Assembly: GCF_009914755.1 (NCBI RefSeq)
Contig: NC_060927.1
Direction: 5' to 3' (one strand)
Source: the human T2T-CHM13v2.0 reference genome, Homo sapiens
DNA: 64,000 nucleotides
Part shown: positions 34,690 to 49,445 of the stretch, one piece after another
Layout of the letters: each line of letters starts with the position of its first letter
How positions within the stretch are numbered: position 1 is the stretch's first letter
Program-made: the position numbers and the translations under genes
Notes under the pieces: generated by a model
The model's database searches: none
Told to the model about the DNA's origin: nothing
What the model saw: only the letters and a program-made list of their open reading frames with translations

Positions 34690-35739
34690 CTCATGACTGC
34701 ATTTTTAAAATCCATATTTTATATTTCTCTGTATTCCACATATTTTGGTCTTATTTCTTCCTATTCTGTTCACAAGGGATTATAGTCCATGCCATGATTT
34801 ATAGATGGATTGTGTATTTTGTGATGCAAAACTCTTATATAACTGGATTTTGGCACCCTACTCCCATAAAAAATAAATAAATAAAAGGATGTGATAAGAT
34901 CTGTCAATGCATTAGGAAAAAATGTTGTCCACTCAGCATTTTGGGGATAGAAAGAAGGGAGGACAACTTAAGGGCAGAGAATATTTATTAATACTTGGGA
35001 ATTAGTAGCTGAGGATTAAAATATGATTATTTGCTATTTGGCTTTCAGTGTTCTGAATGATTCCTTGATGTTACAATAATGTAGTTACTACAGAACTAAC
35101 CTGTGATTAAGGGGGCGTCTTCTCTTTTCTTTCCTCTATGTTAATTATAAGGAGGGATTCCACAAATGAAAGGCATAGCATCTATGTGAATTTAATGACA
35201 TGTCACCATCATAATAGTAATATTACCTAAAGAGAGAAGTTTCTCTTAGAGAAATATACTATAGAAATGTTAACAGTTATGATCATTTTGATCATTTAAA
35301 CCTTTAAAGGACTTTTTTTTTTTAGTTAGCCCTTGTTTACTGCGAGAATAATGTAAAATACTCTGCATTTAGATCTTGGATGGTAAAAGTTTACTTTTAG
35401 AAAAAAAGTTACTTTATGTATTATACTACTTACCATTAAGTTATGTGGATAGGAACTAAAATGTAACTGATATTTATCAGAATTAATGCTTTTATCTACC
35501 TAACAGACACTTCAATTATCTGTTCTTTCTTTTAGCAGTTCCTTAATCCATCATTATTAAATATATTCTGGCTGACCAAGAATGTCGCAACATCTTTAAC
35601 CTGGGTTTTTCAGCTGTATTGTGATAAAGGATGCAATAAAAAAATGTAGCTACTTTGAGACAAGGCATTTTCTTCAGTAAAAATATCCATTAGTCTGAGA
35701 GCTGCCTTAGCTCCCCGCTCCAGTCCAAATATGAAGTGA

Positions 35740-35940
35740 ACAGATCTTTCTGAGGTACACACATGCAGCTCAGGGAGTATTCAAAATGATCCATTGAGAT
35801 AAATAGATAATAGAATTTATATTTCTATTTTTAAATCCAGAATTTAAAAATTAAAAGAAATAAACCTTTACTATACTTAATATACAGGTTGTCCTTGAGG
35901 CGTTCACTTGGTCTGTGCCTGGTATCTCACATGTCATGTG
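35740..35940. mobile_element. Probable hAT-Charlie DNA transposon fragment
   Basis: 'aaatgatccattg..tagaattt..aaagaaataaacctttactatacttaatatacaggttg' resembles Charlie4-type sequence. Confidence 0.4.
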
Positions 35941-37767
35941 GGCTGTGTGACGTATCAAGAAGTAGGGGTGGAAGTTCTGGGGAACTGGAGGCTTGACAGC
36001 AGCAACCTCTCCGTTTCTCGGCCTTGACTTGTGTTACACTGTATTGAGGGTTTCCTATGCCTGGCTAAGTAGATTTGGAAAGTATACTATCAAGTTTTAA
36101 CTAAACTAACTCTCACAAAATAGGCATACGGGTAAGAAAAAATTCCCTCAAAGAAACTGCAAATTGAATGCATCTGAAAAAAACAAGCAGAGGTGAGAAA
36201 GAAAAATAAGGTGATCTGACACCAGCTACAACACTTGTACAAGTGTTTCAGGCACACAGCGAGGTATTTTTATGCATTTATGTCTAGATACATAATAATA
36301 ATGTATTTAGATTTGATGTCAGTCATTAATTTAGAAATCCCCATGGAAACAATTTTAAATATGTATTTATAACCACTGTTGTTAACAATGAATTTCACAT
36401 CACATGTGTATTGTGATGCCTTAAATTGTAGAAATGACATTGTAAGCTCTCATCCACAAGCTATTGAAAAAATGATTCATTTTAATCTAATACTTTAAAA
36501 ATATGTTTAGTCATTAAGTACATGTTTATAATAAATAAGTACATATATCCATATTTATATTTTTAAACAAACAGATCTAATTGAAAGAGCACTATCTCAG
36601 AATTCAGTATACACAAGTTTTTTCATGGATTACTACCACTTGTTTAGGTTTTAATTCAGAGGTCAAAACATGTAAAATCTAAGAGGTTTTCCTTGATCCC
36701 TTTATATTAAAGAACATCCTAATAAAGTTAGTCTGTCTCACAGTATCATTTTTGTGCTTGGAACATAATGGTTATCTGAAATTATCTTATTTATTTGTAA
36801 GAATGTATATGTCATGCTGGCTTCTTGTTTGTTGTCAATGTGCTTTCTCAATTTCCGGTACTCAGTGGACAATATTTTATTAATTTATTAAAAACATAGT
36901 TTTCTTTGTGGTCTATGGAAACTATGTTTTAGATAAACAAATAAAATATCTTTAAAAGCATGACACTTTAAACATTTTTGTTATGCATGGCAACTTTATA
37001 AACTGGGAAGTTCTAAGAAGTATCAGCACAGTTTTTGTGCCATGATTTATTACTTAATATTTATTTTAAAAAAATTAAAAAAAAACAGTTGTCCTGTAAT
37101 ATAGCTATCCACATATTTGGAGGGAGAGGGTAGAATTTACAATAATAAAAATGATAGCTATTTTCAATCATAGAATTCCTTTTTTCACTTTCTATTTGCT
37201 TCTTGCCCAGATTCCAGACACAGAAGATCCCATTAGCTAAGTGAATTTCAAAAGAGATCACATATCTGTATAATACAAAGTGTACATCTTGCACTTCCCA
37301 CATCGTCAACACATTCATCTACATTTGTCTTCCTCTATGTGATAAATTATTAGGTCCTTCATATAGGACAAGTGGTAAATCATTATAACTTTGTGAAACA
37401 AAACCTTAATCAATGAAATGAACATCAGATAAGCTCCTTGTCTGTATTCTTGCCGAAGAATCACCTCTGGATTTCCCCCTTCGTTGTTTCCTGTGAGATG
37501 GCTTTTACCCACAATGACCAGTTGTAACAGTTCCCTGATGTTGCAGAGTATTCAATCTGTTGAGCAGGAATTGAAGAATAAAACAATTATCTTACTAAGC
37601 TCAAGTGAATATACTAGCAAATTCTATTTTGATATTTTAAATCAAACTTTAGACTATAGAGGGTCAATATTATAAGGATCTACCAATTTCTATAATCGAC
37701 TGTAAAAATTAAAATGAGATGACAAATATCATAAGCATATTATTGCTTATTAGAATGATTTAAAAAA

Positions 37768-39325
37768 TTCTGGATATATACCTAGCAGTGGGATTGCTAG
37801 ATCATATGGTAGTTCTTTTAGTTTTTTGAGGAATCTCCATACTGTACTTCATAGTGAAGAGTAAATAAAAATGTGTGAATTTACATTCCCACGAACTGAG
37901 CATAAGGGTTGTCTTTTTTTATATCCTCAGCAAGATTTCTTATTGTCTGTTTTGGGGACAGAAGCCATTTTAACTGGGGTGAGATGATATCTTATTGTAG
38001 TTTTGATTAGCATTTCTCTAATGATTAGTGATGCTGAACATTATTTTCATATATCTGTTGGTCATCCATACATCTTTTAAGAAACTTCTATTTAGACATT
38101 TTCCCTATTTTTTAATCATAGTATTTATGTTTTTCTCTATGGAGTTGTGTGAGTTCCTCACACATACTGGCTATTAATCTCTTGTCAGTTGGATATATAT
38201 CCAAAAGAAAAGAAATAGGTATATCAAAGAAACATCTGCACTCTCATATTTATTGCAGCACTATTCACAGTAGCCTAGATATGGAATCAACCTAAGTGTC
38301 CATCAAAGGAAAATTGCATAAAGAAAATGTGGCACATATACACAAAGAAATATTATGCAGCCAAAAAAAATGAAACCTTGGCATTTGCTACAACATGAGT
38401 AGAATTGGAGGTCATTATTTTGAGTGAAATAAGGGAAGCAAACAAAGACAAATATTTTTACCCACATTTGAAAGCTAAAAAGGGAGCGAGAGAGAAAATT
38501 GAACTCATGGAGATAAAGAGTAGAGTAGAATGAGGCTGGGAAGGGCAACAGAGAAGTGGGCAGTGACAATAAAGTGAGGATGGTTAATGACTGTAAAAAT
38601 ACAGGTAGAATGAATAATATCTAGTATTCACTAGAACAATAGGGTGACTATAGTTAAAATAATTTGCTGCACCTTTTCAAATAACTAAAAATGAATTGGA
38701 ATGTTCTTTTTTATTCTATTTAAATTTTATTTTAAGTTTTGGGGTACATGTGCAGAATGTGCAGGTTTGTTACATAAGTAAACATGTGCCATGGTGGTAT
38801 GCTGCACCTATCAACCCATCACTTAGGTAATAAGCCCAGCTATTTTTTCTGATGCTCTCCCTGCACCCACCCTCCCCAGACAGACCCCATTGAGTGTTGT
38901 TCCTCTCCCCATGTCCATGTGTTCTCATTGCTCATCTCCCACCTATGAGTGAGAACATAAGTGTTTTGTGTTCTGTTCCTGCATTAGTTTGCTAAGGACA
39001 ATGGCTTCCAGCTTCATCCATATCCCTTCAAAGAACATGATGTCATTCCTTTATATGGCTGCATAGTATTCCATGGTATATATGTATCACATTTTCTTTA
39101 TTCAGTTTATCATTAAAGGCATTTGGGTTGATTCCATGTCTGTGCTATTATGAATAATGCTGCAATAAACTTAATACAAATAAATAATAAATACTTGATG
39201 TGATGGATAACCCCAATTACCCTGATTTGATTATTATAGATTGTATACCTGTATCAAAACATCACATGTATCCCAAAAATATGTACAATTCTTTTGTGCC
39301 CATAATAATTAAAAATAAAAATAAA
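37768..39325 (+). mobile_element. L1MA with 5' inversion (antisense 37768-38195, sense 38191-39325), interrupted by L1PA
   Basis: Both parts meet at the same L1 position (ggatatata(c/t)c); L1MA 3' UTR and A-rich tail at ~39305-39325. Confidence 0.85.
38706..39170 (-). mobile_element. L1PA (about PA8-PA10) 3' fragment
   Basis: 'ggggtacatgtgcagaatgtgcaggtttgttacata..gctgcacctatcaacccatcac'. Confidence 0.88.
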
Positions 39326-40404
39326 TGTTTAAATGATGAAAAACCCAAGTAACTTTACTATTTGAATACAGCAACAACAGAACTAGAATATAAATTAGAA
39401 TATCAGGCTCATATATTGGTGTCATTAGAATACATTTAAAGAGCTGATTTGTAACCATTCAACTCAGATGAAGTGGGCCCTTTCCTTACTAGGCTGGATA
39501 ATCATTATTGCAGTTTGAATAGAAAGAATGTACAATTTGTCCAGTATTTTTGATATTAAAACAACATATTTTAGAGGCAAAAACTTTGTTTAGGCATTTT
39601 CATATATGTATCTATTAATTGAAAGGATAAATGGAATTAAATTTAATACAATCACAGTTCTGTCTGTTGTTTCAAAAACAAGCCCTGTGTTTCCATATGT
39701 TTCCCTGAGACTAAAAAATTCCTATTTCTTCTCTATCATAAATAAATGTTAGAAATTAAGTCTTTTTTATTGGCATGCTCAAAAATTTATTCTGGGTTTT
39801 CAGAAAGGTAGATTTTAACTTTTCATCATTACCTAATACAATCAGTGTCCTTTATTATATACGCAGTCATAATCACAAATACTGAAAACTGTACATCCGC
39901 TGAGTTTTTCATAAGGTTGAAAAAGTTAAGACAATGGACAAGGTCTTGCTAGTCCTGGTAATCATTGTAAAAATTCTAAAATGGACCTTTGTCATTGACT
40001 GGCTTCGAGAAATACTAGAAATTATCTTCTGAGTTTTTTTATAAGTATTAATTTCAGAACTATGCCAACACTTTATTTATAAAGGCATATAAAATATTAA
40101 TCATTAAGCACACATTCCAAGAACTGTGATCATGATTATCATATCAAAATTATCATCATCATCATCATCATTATATTACTGAACACATAAATGATTTTCA
40201 ATCTCCAACTTATATTTTTAGGGTCGTTCTTGAATGTTATTAAAACACTCTTTTGAAAATTTCTGTAGCAATTTTAAACATTTAGTGACACTATGAAAAT
40301 GTGACTTTTCTAGGTATATTTTTTATGTATATTATTTTTACACTGTTTGTAATATATGTTGAAAAAGATGTATGCTATATAGCATTATAACCATAATTAC
40401 TCCC

Positions 40405-41040
<636 letters not shown>

Positions 41041-41059
41041 TGTAGTATAATATATACTG

Positions 41060-42390
41060 TTATATATGCAAGTAGGCAGGGTGAAGGGAGTCAGAGAATG
41101 CAGGGTAAACATGTGAATTTTGTGAAGGAGAAAGGGAAGGAAGAAAGTTAAGTAGGAAGAATCTCACACTGAGAGGGAGTTCAAAGAAGGTTGTGGTCAG
41201 ACCTATGTATGGGACATTCTCAAGCCAATTTCACCCCTAGAATTCCACAACGTCACAGGAATGAGCCTGTTTTCCTATTCCTGCCACACCTAATCATTCT
41301 TTGGAAGCACTCCATGAAAAGCAAGAGTTCTGAGATATTATGATGGTAGATTCTGAGTGCAGAAACTGAGGCTATCTGTCCATATGGTTCCTGAAGCATA
41401 AGATCAGAGACACATATTTTCATGATCACCCCAACCTACCCTTCTCCAACCCATGTTAAGGAGAAGCTTCTATATTGGACTTTTCTTTTTGAGGGTACCT
41501 AAGACAAGAGAAGTTTGTGGGGTGAACTATAGTCTTTAACTGCTGCATTTGATTTTGGTGCTACACTAGCACTAATCATCTTCCTTCCAAAACGTGACTT
41601 TTAAATTTCCACACCCTCAACTACAATCGGGGCAGATCTTGGTGGCTCATCTGGCAGTGTGAATCAAACCTTCATTCCTGAGGGGTCTGAATTTTTGATA
41701 CTTATACCTCAGGCTCAGATTGCTACACTTGTACATTCACACTTATTTAAGGTGATACTAGGAAACACACAAGCAGATCGCTTTTGTTCCAAATTTGTCT
41801 CTCCCTGAGCTACTTTAGTAAAAGTAACTTTTCCTCCTGCTTTTTATCAGCATCCAATACCTCTGTATGTGTGGTGACTCTTTTTTCCCTAGCAGGTCCC
41901 TGGTCCCTGGGTACAAGGATTTCAAAGAAGGTAACTACCAGCAGCATGCAGTTAAATAGGACCCTGACAAGAAAGCATCTCCTTAGACTCATAGAACCTC
42001 CAACCCTGCAGAATCCAAAACCGTGAGAATAGAAGGCACAAAGTGTTTCCAAGGGCCATGGGAATGATAGAAATTTGGCCTACTGCTGCTTCTGTCATTT
42101 GAATCCTGGACCCACACATTTCTTTTCTGGGGGAAAAACCATTTCTTCTTTTGTGTACTCAACACCACATCAGGGCTTCTTACTCAACATATATACTACA
42201 TCCTGAAAGATAGCTCTTCCCCCGCAATCCTACTGGAGTGTTGCTTCCAAGCTTCTGCTGTAGATGTGTCTTTTGAAAGGTTTTCCAGGCTTTTGTGAGG
42301 CCAGCTGCATCTGGATATTACAGTGAGTGAATTCCATAATCATGAGGCCATTGCCACACTTCCATCCTCTGGTCAATACTATACCATCTA
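41060..42390 (-). mobile_element. ERVL 3' end: LTR41/52-like LTR (~41060-41432) plus internal IN/dUTPase remnant
   Basis: ORF 41810-42052 segment FFEILVPRDQ..KRVTTHTEVLDADKKQEEKLLL resembles ERVL dUTPase; LTR41-type 'ttccttccctttctccttcaca' on minus. Confidence 0.65.
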
Positions 42391-44477
42391 GACATTCAAA
42401 GGTAGCACAAGCTAGTTACGAGTGATGCCTTCCCACACATACAACACACACTTATCATGGGCAATTAAGTTTTCATGCTTGAATGACTGAAAAATGATCT
42501 TTTTTGAATTTATAAAACCTTACCAGAATATTTAACAACTTGATAACTAGGTATAAAATTTTCAAGAAATAAAAATTAACATTCAACCTTACAAATTAAT
42601 TTTTTTCTTCACCCAAGGAAATGTATTCCACCCTAACTTTAAACATTTTCATCATCATTTTTTAGTTTTCTTTTCCTTTTGTTTATATTATGTCTATTTG
42701 CTTTAATGCATTTGGATTTTTCCTCTGAATTCTATAACATCCATTTATATAGATAATATGTCTAAACATATGGGTATATGTACATAGAATAATGTCTCTA
42801 AATATATATAGATACATAGATACAGATACACGTATACACACATATATAAATTTTGTTAGCATTTTGATAGCCTATACCATTAGAATTTGGATTATTTTCC
42901 TAACTCAGATGATACTTTGGATCCATTGTGCTTGAAATAAAAAATAAAAAACATTTATTCTCCACAATTTACCCAAATCTTTACAACTTTTGCCACTAAC
43001 TTTTCTTCTAGAAATAGAAAGTAGAAAATAGGCATAACTTTCAAATGTTGAATGGTGCAAAAAATGAGGACTTAAATTTGAATTTCCAATGAGTGGCTCT
43101 CCTCATTAGGTTATCAGTAATCAGCAGGCTCAGTGAAACACACGTCTGGTTTTTTTTTTATTTTTTAATTGCCTTTTTTGCCTTTTTATTAAGATTTTGT
43201 TATTGTTGAAAGTGCCTCTTGGTAATCATGACAGAATATTTTTGGCATCTTAAGATTTCTTCTAACATGAATAGCAAAATACAAAACCCTGGCATATTGC
43301 CCCTTCTCTGGTAAATATACTCCAGGAGATCCTGCAACTTTTCTTGGGAGGGCATGCATAATATATGGAGCTTTTAAAGCATGTAAATATTAATTAGGTT
43401 TACGTAGTTGTTGCTTCTTTTTCTGTCTATATCTGGGTAAGAGCTACACATGGATTCCTAGAATCCTTGATTGTCTTTTTCCCTTGTGAATGCTTTTGAA
43501 ATAATGTGGTTATGGTTTGAAGAGCATTCTTTCTTTGAAGTAAGGACTGCCACTATTTGCCTTTCTTGTTTTAATTACTTTGTTCATTTATCTTGGTTTC
43601 GGGTGAGAGGAGAACATTGTAGTATAGATTAACATTTCATTATAAACTGGAAAACATTAAAGAGTCTTAAATGTCATAAAATAAAGAGAACTTGATTTCA
43701 TTTTGAGGAGTTTACTTGACATGTTAAGTAGTTTTCTCAAAGTAATTAGTTTTACTTAACAAAGCAATTTTTTCACAAAAATCACTAAACCTGCAATACC
43801 TTTAGATTCAGGTGGACTCAAGTGAATAGATTATTGAATAAGAACAGATATATTTACTCTTCTTATGAGTTTGAAAGTAAAAGGTTTAGTAGAACTATTT
43901 CTTCTTGAATTTTATTATTAGGCATATGTATTAAGAATAATAATATAATGCCATCTACTTGCTACTTTGGAAAATGACTTGGTAAAACTTTACCTTGAAA
44001 GTCATACTACATCAAATTATGTACAATTAGCATAACTATTATATAATAGTATGGTAACATAATAAATTAAAATATATATTTTATAGTGATTCTTTCCCCT
44101 TGAAATTTGCATGAATTCAGCATTTCTAGTGCTGATATAAACACTTGAAAATCTAATATCAATTCTCATCTTCTGACAATGAAAATTCTTTGGAATTTAT
44201 AATTTTCTTTATGATATTTGAGTGTTTTGCTTAAGGACATTGCCAGACTTCAGTCTTCAGATATAGTAATATGCCCCAAAATTTTATAGGCTCATTCCTT
44301 TGTGCTTTATTGGCAAAAATACTCATATAAATATTGTTAAGAAATTGTTAAAAACTAAGATATAGTTCAAGGTAAATACAAATGGATTTGACTTATATTA
44401 CACTAATTTATTTTTATTCTCCTGTTTAGCCATCTAAGAATTCAAAAGCAAAAATACTCTTCAAAAGTAAAAACAAC

Positions 44478-44639
44478 AGCCGGGTATGGAGGTTCATTCC
44501 TCCAATCCCAGGTACTTGGGAGGCTGAGGTGGAAGTATCTCTTGAGCCCAGGAGGTCAAGGCTGCTGTGAACTGTGATCATGCCACTGCACCATGGCCTG
44601 GGCAATAGAGGGAGACCCTATCTCAAAAAAAAAAAAAAA
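44478..44639 (+). mobile_element. FRAM/FAM free Alu monomer
   Basis: 'cttgagcccaggaggtcaaggctgctgtga..gagaccctatctc' plus poly(A). Confidence 0.85.
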
Positions 44640-44794
44640 TGTAAAAAAGACTATGTGTTCTTTATTTTGATTATTCACTTTAAGTAAATAAACATCATTC
44701 CATTTTGAGAAAAATCTATTGAGAACTTAGATATGTAATTTCCACCACCTCTTCTGCATTCTACATTTTTAACTAACAGGTTCACCTTTTTTGG

Positions 44795-44878
44795 CTATAT
44801 ATATAAAACTATATAAATATATATATAATAAATATATAAATAAATATATAAAACTATATGTATTATATATATATAAAA
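44795..44878. repeat. TA-rich simple repeat
   Basis: 'tatatatataaaactatataaatatatatataataaatatataaa'. Confidence 0.8.
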
Positions 44879-47059
44879 GTTCTAAGTCTCAATATATTGT
44901 GTATTGCCTGAGCAATGAATATGGAAAAAAGATAATAAAATCCAAAAAATAAGAATGAGAAACTTTAAAATGTCCAATTTTTATGTGTAAACATGTTATC
45001 TAAAAATGAAAGAAGTGCAGTCTTCCTTAACCTTGCCTAGAGTTACAGATGAAGGATAGGACACCAATACAACAGCATTTTAGAGGGACATGTGGCTAAA
45101 ATTTATTGCTATATGAAATCAGACTATTACCCAAATTCCATAAAAAGTTATTACTAAGTAACAATTTAAGTGGTTTCTTTTGTATCTCATTTAAGTTTTC
45201 CAACACTCTTGTGAAGTAGAGAATATTATCCTCATGTCACAAATAGAGGGGCTAAGCCACAGAGAGCTTCAAAAACTAAAAATTAAACACATTTGAATTT
45301 TAACCACATAATTTTACAAGCAGTGATATACAGCAGAAAACAGGGACATGTGAAATCTTAGATAAAAAGATCTAATTACTTTATGTAAAATTCTAGGCCT
45401 AAGGACACTATACTAAGACATATTGGTCTAAAAATTCCAAAATAACAAGACAGAGCTCAAACTGTTGTTGAGACTGACTCTTCAAAAAATAAATCTTGAA
45501 GCAAAATGGAAATTGGGCAAAAAGAACCCAGTGTGCATGCCTCTTGATTCAAGGGTTCCCTAAAAAGCTGCCAAGCAAAGGTCTTCAAAGTGATCTCAGT
45601 GTAACCTTCAAAACTGTCAAAGAGTGAAATCCTATTTGATATCTAAGATAGCAACTTAACCTAAATGTACTATTTAAGGAAATTAGAAAGAGTTTCGCTG
45701 GTCAAGCACAGTATCTCCAAATAGAGCAGTGTTAATTTTTTTGTAGAATTTTTTAAAAGCCTGGAATCCAATGATTGGTAGAATTTTAGAGGTGAGTGAC
45801 TTGACATCATTTGTATAGAGTGAGACTGCTGTTGAGTGGTTGGCATTCATAAGATAGTCCGTTTTTAATTGCTTGACTTTTAGAAGCGAGGAGCCCTCAT
45901 TGATTGGCTGGAAGGCAAAAGTGTGTTCATTGAGGTGAGTTATTGTTACTTATTGATTAAACTGCATTAAAAATCATTCCAGTGGCTACTTATCATAAAA
46001 ATAAAACTCCTACTTACTGATTAGGCATGTTAAAACTGCAATGAGGGTTGTCATGATACAGAACAATTCATCTTTTCCTAGGAATATGGTGCATATATTC
46101 CTAGGAATATGAAGATACATATTCATATTTACTGCTATTACTAATTTAGGTGCTCCATGAGATAGATATGCTATTACCCACATGTTTTGAAATGTAAAAT
46201 ATATACTTTTCTGAGAAGGAAGCCAACTGGTTTGACAGATTTTATTTAAATCAAAACTGTATTTATCTACTTCAGGTTGGCTTTTGAGAATACAATTGTA
46301 TCTTTAACCTGTGTCATGAGTGAGTGCTTATTACATTGCTTTATTATTCTCAAGAACACTGTATAACTCTAATTAAGAAGATTTCTAAGCTGCTCCAGAT
46401 ACTATAAATTCATGTCATGGAATGTGATGGTTGGAAGAGTAAAATTTCCCTAGATTGAAATATTTGTTCAGCTTCCTAGTAGAAAAATGTTGTTTTTCTA
46501 TTGTATCTAAAGAATAAAAACTCTCTTTTTTAGTATGGCTCATTACATTTGAAAATATTGATAATATGAGTTAAAGCCATGAAAACCTATTCAATGTATT
46601 AATACTTTTTCTATTTAAATGAGCAAAAAAACAAGATTAACTAACACTTATTTAGTTGACCTCAAAGACCTTTCGAATATGTATTTTCAAGTAAGCCATT
46701 AATTTAACACTTATAATATTTACTTTTGGCAATTAAATCTACATTGCAGACTTCATTAACCTGGTTAGAGTTATTCTTCATGATAATAAATTGCATCAAC
46801 AATATAGTGCAGCCTTTTAAAAATGCAAATAGATCTTCACCCAGCAATTCTAAATTAGCAGTATTAATGAGCATGTTCTAAAGAGTAATACAGAAAAAAA
46901 AAACAACAACAACCTGGAATTAGGTGTCAGAAGATCTCAGAACTAATCTCAGCACTAATACTAACTAGTTGCTTAGTTTTTCATAAGCCAATTGATCTTT
47001 CTGGACCCTCAAGATTTGAACAGTACTGCGACTAATTTTGACTACAAAAAGTTGATCTC

Positions 47060-47062
<3 letters not shown>

Positions 47063-47100
<38 letters not shown>

Positions 47101-47128
47101 GTATACTATATATATATATACATATATA
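47063..47128. repeat. (AC)17 microsatellite followed by TA-rich tract
   Basis: Read directly; AC run 47063-47096. Confidence 0.95.
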
Positions 47129-47155
47129 AAATAGTTATGTAAACATGTATAATAC

Positions 47156-47515
47156 TGTATTAGTCTGTTCTCATGCTGCTAATAAAGACATACCCGAGAC
47201 TGGGTAATTTATAAAGAAAAGCAGTTTAATTGACTCACAGTTCCACATGGCTGGGGAGGCCTCATAATCATGATGGAAGGTGAATGAGGAGCAAAGTCAC
47301 ATCTTACATGGTGGCAGCGGGCAAGACAGCTTGTACAGGGGAACCCCATTTACTCACAAGAATAAATCTCATGAGATTTATTCACTATCATGAGAACAGT
47401 ATGGGAGAAACTGTCTCATGAATGAATTATCACCATCTGGCCCTGCTCTTGATATGTGAGGATTATTACAATTCAAGGTGAGATTTGGGTGGGGACACAG
47501 AGCCAAACCATACTA
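47156..47515 (-). mobile_element. THE1 (THE1D-like) solo LTR
   Basis: 'tgtattagtctgttctcatgctgctaataaagacatac..attattacaattcaaggtgagatttgggtgggg'; TSD aatac/aatag. Confidence 0.92.
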
Positions 47516-49249
47516 AATAGGTATATAAAACATATATGTATTTTATATATATATATAAATATGTATACCCAATCATATCATTTATATATAACAAAAATAC
47601 TTATTCAATAATTTTGATTATGCAATAAAATTAGAATGTTGCAATGATAAACAATGAGAAATCGATGTGTAATTATTTTCAAAAATATTCTTACTCTCCA
47701 TTTACTCTGAAAGAAAAAAAAGGATTAATTGCAAAGTCTTGGATTAATAGGCAGATGACCTCTGATATTTGAGGACATTATTTCATACACAGAATGTGCT
47801 TATCACAAAGGCAGACTCCATAGATGCTCAATTAGTGGTAATGTTGATCTGAAGAGTCAAATACAAATTCCTTAGAAAGTTATTCTCTGACTTCAATCTA
47901 TATTTCCTGTATAATTTCTCACTGTTTTCTTCTGCCACTGTGTTTCAGATAAATAAATAACCAATGATTGCTCATTTGTAACTGTTCATCTGTTTGCTTT
48001 CATCATACAGTTTATTTTTATTTTTTGTAAAACAACATTTATCCCCCTCTGTACTTGTCAAGTCAAAATTGTACTTTTCATGAGGCTTCCTTTTTTCCCT
48101 AAATCAAACTAACAGCACTTTTCTTCTCCTGACTGCTAGTGAAATTATTTATAAGTATCTCATATAACTTTGACAAAGAGAGAAGATATTAATAAATAGC
48201 AACATTTATATATGACTTACTCCCTCTATTATATCTAAGCTTTCTGATTATATATAGTTATAGTCATCAACTTATAATAAAGGCAGAAGTATTTTCACAT
48301 AATAACCAAATTTCAGAGAATTAACTTAATCTGTAAATACATGTTAATTATCCACTTCTATTTCTATGCAAGAAATATTCTTAATGTAAAAAAAATAGCT
48401 TAGGAGAATCCATTGGGAGTAAGTAGCTATAAAAATAATTATATACCAGATTTGCTAATGGTAGAGTCAAATAACAAGTGATGCTGGAGAGGGAGATAAG
48501 AGTTACTAATTATTAATCAGAATGATATTTTGTAGAGAAAAGTCAAAAGATAATCATTAAATTTTAAATAACAGATTTATTGATCAAGTACAGGAAGAAG
48601 TTTCTATAGCTGAAATAATGAAAAAAGTTTAATTTAATGAATTCTTATGTGAATATTTTACATTTGCTAAAGGTGCATTTTTTTCTCTGATAAAAACCAC
48701 CTTTAATCTTTCCACACTAGGCTTGCAAAAGTTCTAAAAGTTGATTAAATAGTAATGGTGTAATACATCTCAAAGTACCATAACACCAAAAGAGCTGGAG
48801 TAGTGGCAAAAATTTCAGTTTGTGGCCTCCTTCAAGAACTTCTGGTAGTTTTCTTTTTTGTTTGCTTCAACCTTAAAATATTAGTTATTGATTGTGAATT
48901 CTGTAGTGGCAGAAATAACATTTTAGTAATTATTTTAAGAATAAGTGGGGTCTTATTTTGGAAAATATAAAAGCTTCACAAATTTTAATTTCTCTCATCC
49001 ATTTTTCATCTCAAATTCTCTGTTAAAGAACAATATGCAATGTTAAAAACTTACCCACAAATAATTCCCTGAGGTGTGAACAAAATGCAGATCCACAGGC
49101 CTTGTGGCCACTTAATCTGATTCAATAGGCCTGATTTGGGGCCCAGGAATCTACTCCATGTTTGATTTCAATATTGTATAAGGGAAACAAGGACAGATTC
49201 TCCCTGAGGAGAATGTGGATCAAGGTCAGTCCCCAGCTACTTATGAAGT

Positions 49250-49445
49250 TAGTCTGTAGTGTAAATAATGCCTAACATGATTATGGAAACATAGGTTTGA
49301 AATTAACTCTACTTCATAGGCTAGCAAGACTAATGTTGCTGAGTTTAGCTTCTTCATTGGTAGAATAAGATAAAAGTACTCGCCTTTCATAGTAGGTGAA
49401 AAGTTTATAATAAGAACTTGTAAGAAATAACTCAATAAATGTTAT
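49250..49445 (+). mobile_element. MIR remnant
   Basis: 'ctgagtttagcttcttcattggtagaataagataa', ending 'actcaataaatgtta'. Confidence 0.55.

Noticed and set aside
45610-46000. Possible old ERV1 LTR (another candidate at ~49990-50630)
   Set aside because: LTR-like composition, but I could not fix family, termini or TSD with confidence
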